DNA of 64,000 bases from Octopus sinensis (lineage: Eukaryota). Positions 26,191-37,458 of the stretch are shown piece after piece. A program made the position numbers and the translations under genes. The stretch is taken from the NCBI RefSeq assembly GCF_006345805.1, contig NW_021831868.1, forward strand, positions 1 to 64,000, read 5' to 3'. Position 1 is the first letter of the stretch. Every line of letters begins with the position of its first letter. The notes below the pieces were generated by a model. The model was not told where the DNA came from. It did no database searches and saw only the letters and a program-made list of their open reading frames with translations.

Positions 26191-27139
26191 AAGGCGGCGA
26201 GCTGGCAGAAACGGCAGCACGCCGGGAGAAATGCTTAGCAGTACTTCGTCTGCCGTTACGTTCAAATTCCGCCGAGGTCGACTTTGCTTTTCATCCTTTC
26301 AGGTCGATTAAATCAGTACCAGTTACGCGCTGGGTCGATGTAATCGACTTAATCCGTTTGTCTGTCCTTGTTTGTCTCCTCTGTGTTTAGCCCCTTGTGG
26401 GTAGTAAAGGAATAGGTATTTCGTCTGCCGCTACGTTCTGAGTTCAAATTCCACCGAGGTCGACGTTGCCTTTCTTCCTTTCAGGGTCGATAAATTAAGT
26501 ACCAGTTATGCACTGGGGTCGACATAATCGACTTAATCCGCTTGTCTGTCCTTGTTTGTCTCCTCTGTGTTTGGCCCCTTGTGGGTAGTAAAGGAATAGG
26601 TATTTCGTCTGCCGTTGCGTTCTGAGTTCAAATTCCACCGAGGTCGACGTTGCCTTTCTTTCTTTCAGGGTCGATTAATTAAGTACCAGTTATGCACTGG
26701 GGTCGATATAATCGACTTAATCCGCCTGTCTGTCCTTGCTTGTCTCCTCTGTGTTTAGCCCCTTGTGGGTAGTAAAGGAATAGGTATTTCGTCTGCCGTT
26801 ACGTTTCAAGTTCAAATTCCACCGAGGTCGACTTTGCCTTTAATCTTTTCGGGGTCGATAAAGTAAGTACCAGTAACGCACTGGGGTCGATATAAACGTC
26901 TTAATCCGCTTGTCTGTCCTTGTTTGTCTCCTCTGTGTTTGGCCCCTTGTGGGTAGTAAAGGAATAGGTATTTCGTCTGCCGTTGCGTTCTGAGTTCAAA
27001 TTCCACCGAGGTCGACTTTGCCTTTCTTCCTTTCAGGGTCGATTAATTAAGTACCAGTTACGCACTGGGGTCGATGTAATCGATTTAATCCATTTGTCAG
27101 TCCTTGTTTGTCCCCCTCTATGGGCAATAAAGAGATAAG
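26191..27139 (+). mobile_element. SINE family A pentamer (184-bp period) with 22-bp TSD
   Basis: Units restart at 26416, 26600, 26784 and 26968; aaatactttgaggtgttttatt (26169-26190) vs aaatactttggggtgttttatt (27140-27161). Confidence 0.95.
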
Positions 27140-27964
27140 AAATACTTTGGGGTGTTTTATTTCTGTGTGATAACTGTAGAAAAATTATCGGTATTCTTTC
27201 CACGTCTTTTCTTTGATTCCTTTCTGTCGTATCCTTCATATTGATTAATTGTTTTCTTTTTCATACACAAATTCCTGTTGTATGCATCGACAAAGAGTAA
27301 AAGAAAGAGGAACGGAGAGAGGTAATTACGTCACCCTGTCTCTTTCTTAGGTTTCACCGCGAAGGCTAACCACCCGTTAAAAGTTGTGTACGTGACAATT
27401 TCATTCCCCTTTTGTCTGAACCGTTACATAATTATCTTTGGGTACAAAGAAGAGAAAGGGTACTCAATACTTATAGGTGATATTTATTGGGACAAAGCTG
27501 GCAGTTCACTTCGCTGATAATCAAATATTCTCGCTCGGCGAAATTCTTCATGTGACAGCAAAAATTGAATGGTGAATTACGCTGCACCAGGCATCAATAC
27601 AGGATGGTTGAAGAGTTATACTTTTATTGACCACAACCAGCATATTCTGTGATGGCTGTTTATGTGCGTATGTATTAGATAAATGAATGGATGGCTAGCT
27701 CTGTTTTCGCATTTCTCGAAATGGGAAACTATTCTACGAGCTTATGAACTAATTGCGTGTGACCAAAGAAATATTAATCGAGAAAGCAAATGTTAGTTTT
27801 ACTAGACTCACATTTTAAATTGTTTTCTTTTGTTTCCTTATTTACTTCTTAAATTTCTGAAATGAAATTTTGAAAGGATGTATTTTTTTCAGTGGGACAT
27901 TTGGAGAACATCTCTTTTTTCTATTTTGGATTTTTGTCTTATATTTTCCTAGGATACTTTCTTA

Positions 27965-28032
27965 ATTATTTACATTATTTACATTTGACGGATATATTTG
28001 TCCTCATCTTGTTTCTTGTTAACACAACGTTT
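27965..28032 (-). mobile_element. Inverted tail fragment of the HHR-bearing element (3' half of hammerhead: AAAC-GTT-GTGTT)
   Basis: Minus strand aaacgttgtgttaacaagaaacaagatgaggacaaatatatccgtcaaatgtaaataatgtaaataat overlaps the plus-strand tail caaatgtaaataat at 28381. Confidence 0.6.
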
Positions 28033-28182
28033 GCATGAATAGTTACTGATTCTTCTATTTATGTTTGTGGCTAGGTTTCGCATTCCATTTGAGAGCTTGG
28101 TGGAGGAAGGTTTGGAGCTTCTGTTGGTATAAGCAATTTCCTCAAATGGCTTTTAGAAAGAGTGATAATATCACTCTTTCAG

Positions 28183-28257
28183 TCCAGGCATATGGCTTAG
28201 TGGTTAAGAGCGCCGGCTACTAATCCCAAGATTCCGAGTCCGATTCCAGGCAGTGAA

Positions 28258-28309
<52 letters not shown>

Positions 28310-28435
28310 TCGAAAGATTCCCTAGAAATGAGAACCCAGGTTCGAAATTTCCCGAAGACACCTGATGAAGGCTGAAGGGACAAATGTAAATAATATAAAT
28401 AATGTACATAATTCCTCATCTTTTAAATATAGAAC
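28183..28435 (+). mobile_element. tRNA-headed SINE-like element with (AAT)n spacer and internally deleted PLE-type hammerhead tail
   Basis: A box TGGCTTAGTGG 28193-28203, B-box-like GAGTCCGATTCC 28236-28247, (AAT)n, then GACAC-CTGATGA-AGGCTG at 28357-28374. Confidence 0.7.
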
Positions 28436-30010
28436 AGAACTACTTTCTTAATTTCTTTTTTCAATTTCTTTATTTATTTTTAAAAAACAATTTAATGAAA
28501 TTTTGAAAAATATCCTCTTTTTTTTAGTAGGGCATTTGGAGAACATTTCTCTTTTCTGTTTAGGATATTTTGTTATATATTTTCTTAGGATATTTTTTTA
28601 ACGTGAGTAGGTACTTAGACCTCTGAGGCTTGCAATTGTATGTTTTGCTTACGGACAACATGGCTGTTTCTTTGATACTTCCTACTATTGGAATATTAGC
28701 GATACTTCGATTTTTTAGCTACCATTTTCAACAATACAAAGATGTTGAGTTGAAGCTGCTTCCTTACGTGAAGGAATTGATATGATCTGTATGCCCGACA
28801 CTGAAAACAAATATAAGTAGAAGAATTTCTAAGCTATCACGCAATCACTATAACGAGACATTAGCAAGGAGTTCATTCTCCGATAAGTTAGTATATATGG
28901 AGAATGCCCTAGCCTCAAACAGAATCCGACCAGAATCAGAAAGACAATCTCGTTCAATCCTTCCTTATACATAGATGTTTCAGCTGATGTAGCTGGGAGC
29001 ATCCTGGTTCTAATTAAATATACATTTCTCTCGGATCAATCGGCATTACAAATTCCTATAACTCCATAATGTTAAAGTCACTTACACATGCTTAGACATT
29101 TGTTTAGCATCGGTCGCTACAATAGACGTAAACACACAACTTCAAAGCTATCAATTCACATTCCTGCCTGTAACTGTTGAAATCCTACAATTTCCCACTG
29201 GATGGATCTTGCCTACCAAAGGCTGTAATTTATAGCGATACTCTCCGTCATTCTATAGAATTATAAGACATGCACGGCCATCAAAGCCAATGATTTTAAG
29301 GGATGGTGTACATTGCATATGCACTCCTTCATGTGCAGATATGGGGAAAACGCACTCCCCCTGTTTCACTTCATCATGAGAGACTGCGAGAATTGGAATG
29401 ATTTCCTTAACACCAAACGGAATATTAATGATATCCCTGTAATTCGCAATTGCCAACTCAGTCTCTGTGAGAGACAATACATACTCTATCAATCCGCATT
29501 ATCCTTCAAGAGAAAGAATGAACTATCGTAATGTTACCACCAGAGGTTCACCTTGATAATAAACTTCAAGACACTGGTAACTGACAATACTGATATACCA
29601 CCGCAGGACAGACTGTCCCATATGTGTAGAGTATTTAATCACTGCTGCTCGTATAGAGTACAAACCCGTCTATGTTGATCATTCAACATCAATTGTAATT
29701 CACCTCCATTAAATTGGGTGAATTCCATGTAAAGACTGCTGTCGCTAATGTGTTAATAATCAACTGAGCTATATCTGAACGTCTGACTCACGCTGTCAGC
29801 ATGTGCAGTACCCAATGTGAGCAAATTATTTCGCTGAATACACAATGCTCTAATCATAGTTGTACCAATTCAAGATTTATCTGAGGCAAAAGAAAAAGAA
29901 TATATATTCCAGTAGTCGCTCAACCGAATAGAAACTGCGTCCAAAAACCACCTGTAAATCTCACCCGTAAGATTTTAAGAATCCGAAGGAGATCTTGGAC
30001 TATATAGTCT

Positions 30011-30058
<48 letters not shown>

Positions 30059-30064
30059 TTAGAA

Positions 30065-30420
30065 TATTTTAGAAAGGTTTTGGCCAGTGTTGGCCCAGGC
30101 CATGTCTAACTTAATAGCACCACCTGGTGAATTCTTTCACTTCAGGATTTGGGCACCAAGGCCCATTCGAGCAGAGAGTTATTGTTTGCAGAGACATATC
30201 CTGGTGTGGGTGGTTTGTCCGGGACTGTTTGAAGGAATTTGTCCAAAGACTTCTTGAATTTTGTGTGGTCAGTTTCTGTTTTGACGTGTCCTGGTGTAAT
30301 GTTGAAGAGAGCGGGGCCAATTGAGGTGAAATAATTGTGCCGTATTGTTGTTATGAGATGCGATTTAGATTTTTGATGTGGACGGATGGCACGGGGTCCA
30401 AGTCTTGGATGTATTTTGAA
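30065..30420 (-). mobile_element. 3' end of a CR1/L2/Jockey-group LINE (ORF2 C-terminus and 3' UTR)
   Basis: RLGPRAIRP...YFTSIGPALFNITPGHVKTETDHTKFKKSLDKFLQTVPDKPPTPGYVSANNNSLLEW, stop at 30142. Confidence 0.8.
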
Positions 30421-30439
30421 TATATATATATATATATAT

Positions 30440-30557
30440 TTATAAAATAAGGGCAAAAGAAAAATTCTAATGCCAAATATGCCGAAAAAAAGACAAAATT
30501 GTCTTTTTTTTCAGCATATTTGGCATTAGAATTTTTCTTTTGCTCTTATTTTTATAA
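30440..30557. repeat. 118-bp near-perfect palindrome (foldback)
   Basis: Arms of about 57 and 59 bp, 2-nt loop at 30497-30498, 2 substitutions and 2 homopolymer indels. Confidence 0.92.
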
Positions 30558-30668
30558 GTTGTTTATAAATTTAACCTTTAAAGGTATTTTTTGATATGCT
30601 GGCCATTGATAAAAATTTTTTCAAACAAAATTTTATACTACATTAGTTATATATATATATATATATAT

Positions 30669-30727
<59 letters not shown>

Positions 30728-31180
30728 ATCCCTCATAAATTACTAGCCGTGGTTGGAATACACTTGGTTATACTTATCTACTTAATGAAGCAGATAACTA
30801 TGACCAATAAATAACAACAAACAACAAACAAATACAACAGGAACAATCACACAAAGAAAAAAAAATAGCAAATAGAAATACAAACATTACGGTAAAATGC
30901 GACAATGAACGACGTCCACTCATCTGGATATTTTCTAAGTCCAACAGACGAACACCGGCCATCTTGTAGCTGGGTAATCTCAGGGATTTAGCATGTTTTC
31001 ATTGTATCACGTTTTACTTAGTTGTTTTTCATTTTCTTTCGTTCTTCTATGATCATTAATAGGATTCCAAAGAGATAGATTAAAGAATTGTTCTATTTCC
31101 ATCAAACCCAAATTTCATTTTTTCCTCCTATCGTCTCCTAAATCCTTCTCTCTGTACATTCCACATTCTTGTCAATTTAG

Positions 31181-31269
<89 letters not shown>

Positions 31270-31291
31270 CATACCTATCTATCTCTTTATC

Positions 31292-31333
<42 letters not shown>

Positions 31334-31363
31334 TATCAATCTATCTATCTACCTATCCATCTT

Positions 31364-31406
<43 letters not shown>

Positions 31407-31483
31407 GTCTGTCTGTCTGTCTGTCTATCTCTCTCTCTTTCTGTCTGTCGTTCTGCATGTACGTATTTCTCTTAGATAGATAT

Positions 31484-31554
<71 letters not shown>

Positions 31555-31598
31555 CAACTGGAGTTTGACCTTTCATGACGGATCAAAACAGAAAGATT

Positions 31599-31648
<50 letters not shown>

Positions 31649-32089
31649 AATGGAGGAACGGGACATGCCATCAGACAGAGAAACAGACAACTAGTCTAAC
31701 TTCATTTCGACAATAGTTGTTGGAACAAAAGCCACAAAATGATAACTACAATAACACAACAACAACAACAACAACATGTTGAGGATATTCTTTTATGTTA
31801 ATTTTTTTTTTTAAATAAGACTATATAGAAAAATAACATCTCTCGGAGCATCAATGTACAGTTTTTGCTTTTTCATTCTATTTTTTTTTGTGAGCTTTGC
31901 TTTCATTTTTTTTTATCTGTTGCTTTCTTTGTATTATATGATTTTATTGTTATCGTAAGATAAAATCTAGAGCCGAAATTTTTGACATGAACAATTTTTA
32001 TCGGAAGACGGCAAAATCCAGTGGTATTAAGTTTTGATGTTACACATAGCCACATTTATAGCAACAAATATATAGCTATCTAGATAGAA

Positions 32090-32120
<31 letters not shown>

Positions 32121-32204
32121 CATATATATATATATATGTGCACATAGCGACACACGCACATACATATGCATAAATATATGCACTTTTGTAAATATACATT
32201 TCAG

Positions 32205-32260
<56 letters not shown>

Positions 32261-32263
32261 ATG

Positions 32264-32312
<49 letters not shown>

Positions 32313-32354
32313 GTATAATATATATATATGTATATATATATAAATATATCATAC

Positions 32355-32430
<76 letters not shown>

Positions 32431-32777
32431 ATTTTTGTTTTTCATAATGAGATAAAAAAAACCAAGGCTGTGTGGATTTTAGAACATTTATAGATAGATG
32501 GTCTTACAGCTGTTTCCAGAATATCTATTATATCCCTTCATAGGAGACGGTGTGAGAGGATGGTTAAAAAAATAGTTAATTTAGATAAGAGATAAAATAG
32601 AGAGTGAGGTGGAGGAAAGAAAAGAAAATAGATGTGATATATGTAAGGGATGTTGTGTTTGTAGATCCATTTTTTAGGCAGAATGGTATACATATAATAT
32701 TCCAATACCTTTTGAGTAAAATCCAATAGTATTTAAAATTGGTCTATCAATATATATATATATATATTAATATATTA

Positions 32778-32817
<40 letters not shown>

Positions 32818-32954
32818 ATATATATATATATATATATATTGAAATGTTTCAGCTGCGGTCATGCTGGAGCACCACTATTGACTGAGCTACACATTATTTG
32901 GAACCTTCCTAATATGTGACATTTGGTCAATGAGGTATTTTCATACTGTGCCCC

Positions 32955-33045
32955 TCATCTATGTTCCCTACCGTGAGATGGCGATGCTGGGATCCTTGGC
33001 ACTATGCAGTGGAACCCCGTTCTGCAGTTTGAATAACTTTCAATG
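32955..33045 (-). mobile_element. Short LINE ORF2 remnant, probably the same group as 30065-30420
   Basis: Minus translation [26 protein letters not shown] resembles the segment preceding the GP.LFN.LP motif in such elements; recognition only. Confidence 0.4.
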
Positions 33046-33059
33046 TCCCTGTATATATG

Positions 33060-33120
<61 letters not shown>

Positions 33121-33471
33121 ATATATATATATATATATATGCCTATATATGATTACATGTGTATATATATATATATGTATATATGAATACATACACGCAC
33201 AAATACAGAGGATGAGAGAGAAAGAGAAGAGAGAAAGAGTGTTAAGCATACGTACATCTGGGTACGTATGTGTATAATCTATATGTATATATTGTCTAAC
33301 ATCAATTTTTTACATGTTTATATGTATGTGTGCATATACATACATACTTACATATATATATATATAGTCCTTCACTGCGAGAGAATTAAAATAAAATTGC
33401 CTCGCAGAGGGGCAAAAACAGACATGATATATATATAATATGTATGTATGTGTGTGTGTGTGTGTGTGCTA

Positions 33472-33736
33472 CACATCGCTGGTCACAACGCGTTCGCATT
33501 GTTTTTTTAGCCTTCGAATGACGCTACCCTGCTGGCTAAGCGAGCAGGGCAACAGAAGAAAGAGTGAGAGAAAGAGTAGTGAAAGAGTACAGCAGGGATC
33601 ACCACCCCCTGCCGGAGCCTCATGGAACTTTTAGGTGTTTTCGCTCAATAAACACTCACAACGCTCGGTCTGGGAATCGAAACCGCGATCCTAAGACCGC
33701 GAGTCCGCTGCCCTAACGACTGGGCCATTGCGCCTC
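33472..33736 (-). mobile_element. SINE family B (tRNA-Arg-like head GGAGGCGCAATGGCCCAGTGG), variant 3' half
   Basis: 5' 190 bp match 59880-60067, but the 3' part differs. Confidence 0.88.
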
Positions 33737-33771
33737 TACACACACACACACACACATATACATACATACAT

Positions 33772-33877
<106 letters not shown>

Positions 33878-34907
33878 TATATATATATATTATGTATGTA
33901 TGTTATGTATATATATATTTGTGCTATATTTATGTGCTATCTGAGTATATTCTAGTGTGATGAAGGCAGAGCATTTCTTATGCTTATGCAGAGCCAGAAA
34001 TCTGGTATTATCTGGAATTATCCAGCAATTTTCTTGCTAATTTCTGTTGTCTTCTTTTCTTCTCTCCTGGTACTATATGAACATTTAATGAACATATATG
34101 AACATTTAATGTGGCTTTAGAGTCAAGATTTGGCTGCTATTTCCAGTGTGGTGGTATCTCTTAGATACCCTAAATTATAATTATATATATATATGTATAG
34201 ACTCGCGCATACATAGGCACATGCACACGCACACGCACACACATATGCACGCACGCTTGTATCTATATGTGAATGATGGAAGCACTGCACTCTTTATATG
34301 TGAATATACGTAGACAGAAACACATATACGTGCATATATTTACAACCTACAGTTATTAGTGTTTTTACTTTGTCTAATCTAACATCTCGAAGGTCAAATC
34401 TGATAACGACCCCTTCGCTTTGGTGAAGGTCGATCGTCTGAAAAACTAATTGCACTACATAAACCTTAGAACACACAAGTGGCAAAACCTGATACCTGTC
34501 TGTATCTAACTCAGATGTACTCATTAACCCCTATCTTTCATCTACACGTGTTTACAATCTGCATTTGTTTTCGATCAGCGGATCTTACTAGAATTGTCTC
34601 CCTTGCAATTTTATTTTATTTTATCTTAGTTTTAGATTTTAATCATCCCTAGAGGAAGATCTTGTCTACTAATTACTTGGATAATCTTATTTGATTTTCT
34701 TTTCAACTCATTATATTACGTATGTGATATCTTATCTTGTTTGTTTTCCTGTTTTCTGAATATCTTCGTGATACTATTGGAAAGAATAATGTTACAGATA
34801 CTAAAATCACTGCTGAACGGAAAGCGAACTGGTGCCGTTAGCAACTGCTCCACTCCTAAACAATGATAGCCTCTCAATCTGTCAATTGTGTAGTAAGTCA
34901 TTAATGT

Positions 34908-35128
34908 GGAGGCGCAATGGCCCAGTGGTTAGGGCAGCGGACTCGCGGTTATAGGATCGGGGTTTCGATTCCCAGACCGGGCGTTGTGAGTGTTTATCGA
35001 GCGAAAACACCTAAAGCTCCACGAGGCTCCGGCAGGGGATGGTGGTGATCCCTGCTGTACTCTTTCACCACAACTTTCTCTCACTCTTACTTCCTGTTTC
35101 TGTTGTACCTGTATTTCAAAGGGCCGGC
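34908..35128 (+). mobile_element. SINE family B, 3'-truncated
   Basis: Near-identical to the reverse complement of 59845-60067. Confidence 0.92.
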
Positions 35129-35155
35129 AGACACACAAATACACACACACACACG

Positions 35156-35198
<43 letters not shown>

Positions 35199-35312
35199 GC
35201 ACATATATATACATACATATATACGACGGGCTACTTTCAGTTTCCGTCTACCAAATCCACTCACAAAGCTATAGTAGAAATCACTTCAGTAGAGCTGAAT
35301 CCGGAACCATGT
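35129..35312 (-). mobile_element. SINE family C fragment
   Basis: tttcagtttccgtctaccaaatccactcacaaagct...ccggaaccatgtg. Confidence 0.8.
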
Positions 35313-35508
35313 GATTCGTGTGATTTCCTTTGAGTTACGAATATAAGGGTATCGACAATGGACAGATACCGATTTCTACATCCGGTGTAGCGTTGATTTT
35401 GCTCCCAGATAAAATTAAACCCACGCTAATTCTGTCAGTATTTAGTTTATTTGATCGAATAGCTTTAATATTATCGTCGAAACCGATGAGCGTTCATATA
35501 CTTTTGGT

Positions 35509-35730
35509 GGAGGCGCAATGTCCCAGTGGTTAGGGCAGCGGACTCGCGGTCGTAGGATCGCGGTTTCGATTCCCAGACTCTCTGTGTCACGCTGAATATC
35601 CCCGAGAACTACGTTATTGGTACACGTGTCTGTGGAATGCTCAGCCACTTACACGTTAATTTCACGAGCAGGCTGTTCCGTTGATTCGGATCAACCGGAA
35701 CCCTCGTCATCGTAACCGACGGAATGCTTC
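35509..35730 (+). mobile_element. SINE family B with internal deletion and 11-bp TSD
   Basis: Head joined directly to tctctgtgtcacgctg; catatactttt at 35495-35505 and 35731-35741. Confidence 0.9.
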
Positions 35731-36149
35731 CATATACTTTTAGCTTTATAATGCGATGTATCTATGCATCCATTACGTGTGTATGGCGGTTTGTATGTAT
35801 CTGCGTGTATCATGCATATAAATGGTAGATCTTGCGGCTGATGGCTAGACAATAAAACTGTTGCAACCCCATCTCTTTGTTCTTCCCCGTCTTCTCTTTT
35901 CACCTTTACGCTCTTTCCTTGAAATGTCACCAAATTTAACCAACCAACCTCTTCCTTTTCATAATTTCCAGGTGCCTTTGTCAGATTCTCAATAGCCTCG
36001 TTGGCACAACATTTCAACTCATGTAATAATAGCTCTTCCACAGAAATTCCTGTCTCTCAGACTTCAAACACCGATCTTCAGGATTTTTCTTAGCCAGCTC
36101 TCACGTCCCTGACCAGTTCCCCACCTTCTTTTGTAACCTACAAACATCG

Positions 36150-36768
36150 CTCACTTATACATACATACATACATACATACATACATACATGCATGCATAC
36201 ATACATGCATGCATACATATATACATACATACATACATACATACATACATACATGCATGCATACATACATGCATGCATACATGCACGCATACATACATAC
36301 ATACATACATACATGCATGCATGCATGCATACATACATACATACATACATACATAAATGCATACATACATACATACATGCATGCATGCATACATGCATGC
36401 ATACATACATACATACATACATACATACATACATACATGTATATACGTGTATATACATCCACGCACACTCATATACATACACACATGCATACGTACATAC
36501 GTACATATATATATACATACATACACACATACATGCGTATACGGGTATGTATTGCCACACACACTCATATACATACATACATGCATACACACATATACAT
36601 ACATCCATACATACACACATACATGCATATACGTGTATATACATCCACGCACACTCATATACATACATACATGCATACACACATATACATACATCCATAC
36701 ATACACACATGTATATACATACATACACACATGCATACGTACATACATATATATATGTGTGTGTGTGT

Positions 36769-36800
<32 letters not shown>
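36150..36800. repeat. (CATA/CATG)n microsatellite with higher-order units
   Basis: Source of the HTYI and MYVC ORFs. Confidence 0.9.
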
Positions 36801-37407
36801 ATTTGAATATCTATTTTACTGTTCGAAGACAAAAAAGGGGGGGAAATATACAGGAATATTTACAGATAGATAGAACGGTATTCCATTTTTGGTTTGTTTG
36901 TTCTGTGAATCAGGTGCAAAAATCGGGAAAATCTACCACCACCACCATCAACACCACCACCTTCAGCACCACCACCACTACCACCATCATCACCAACATT
37001 ACTACTACTACTGCTGCTACTACTGCTGCTGCCGCTGCCACTACTACTACTACTACTACTACTACAACTACTACCACCATCACTACTACTACTGCTGCTG
37101 CTGCTACTACTACTACTACTAATACTACTACTACTACTAATAATAATAATAATAATAATAATGCTGCTGCTGCTGCTACTGCTGATGATAATGCTAACGA
37201 TGATCATGATGAGATTGTTGTAGTCACTGCTACTAGTATCCTTACTACAACTACCACTAGAACTACAGCTGCTGATGCTGATGCTGATGATGATGATAGT
37301 AATGATGACGATCAGGATGAAGAGCTTGCTGCGGCTGCTACTGCTACTGCAATATACAAAGGCCGTTACCATCATTACTAGTGCCACTAATATGACCATC
37401 AACAGCG

Positions 37408-37458
<51 letters not shown>

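Noticed and set aside
26191-27139. Regular repeat array that could be mistaken for CRISPR or a retrozyme
   Set aside because: Whole 184-bp units repeat with no unique spacers; no CUGANGA/GAAA hammerhead core on either strand of the unit
29253-29531. Overlapping 72-90 codon open frames on both strands in unique sequence
   Set aside because: No recognisable motif; this length is expected occasionally by chance; flanking frames are interrupted by stops
35691-36041. 116-aa minus-strand ORF, and a plus-strand acceptor-like ttccag at about 35971
   Set aside because: ORF runs into a SINE, starts at a non-ATG codon, shows no domain similarity, and has no matching donor or partner exon
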